Assembly (NCBI GenBank): GCA_002269645.1
Contig: NIVC01002516.1
Location: 1 to 64,000 of the forward strand
Direction: 5' to 3'
Length of the DNA: 64,000 nucleotides
Origin: Macrostomum lignano
Taxonomy: Eukaryota
Of the stretch, positions 63,832 through 64,000 are shown piece after piece; the stretch's first letter is position 1, and each line of letters begins with the position of its first letter. A program made the position numbers and the translations under genes. The notes beneath the pieces were generated by a model. That model did no database searches. It had not been told where the DNA came from and was given only the letters and a program-made list of their open reading frames with translations.

Positions 63832-64000
63832 CTAGCAATCTAGCGCCCCCCTTCGGGGTGGCCAATAAGCAAGGGACGAATCCTTTAAAATGAAAAAAAA
63901 TTCTTAGGGAGGGGGGCTAGGAATCGAATTCTCATTTTAATTCCAGGCTTATGTACCAATAAAACATGCTTGTGCAGAATTTTATAACAGACATTGAAAT
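63832..64000 (-). mobile_element. 3' end of Helitron-like unit 5 (runs off the window)
   Basis: Matches 59648-59816. Confidence 0.85.

Noticed and set aside
45290-64000. CRISPR-like array or autonomous Helitron
   Set aside because: Monomers abut without unique spacers and no cas genes exist. No Rep or helicase motifs occur in any frame.

Overview
Repeat-rich animal genomic DNA. The GT-AG introns, TTAGGG tracts and minisatellite-filled introns resemble a flatworm such as Macrostomum, but the species is an inference. Bases 1-26696 hold a minus-strand, ~36-exon cubilin-like gene: signal peptide, cubilin N-terminal strand/coiled coil, 8 EGF repeats and about 19 divergent CUB domains, running off the left edge. 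Nearly every large intron carries its own tandem repeat, SINE or MITE. Bases 27-45 kb are a transposon graveyard: a 24/25-bp satellite enclosing an RTE-type LINE fragment that is split by a mariner, decayed Gypsy/LTR pieces, and a Penelope GIY-YIG 3' end with a minimal hammerhead motif. Bases 45290-64000 hold the most striking structure, a head-to-tail concatemer (CTAG|TC junctions) of at least five 4-5 kb non-autonomous Helitron-like units. The four complete units are mosaics carrying a telomeric (CCCTAA)n tract, nested decayed terminators and tRNA-like Pol III boxes placed directly before internal satellite arrays; the fifth is only entered at the right edge. Most long ORFs in the supplied track are repeat artefacts. 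All exon coordinates were derived by hand.
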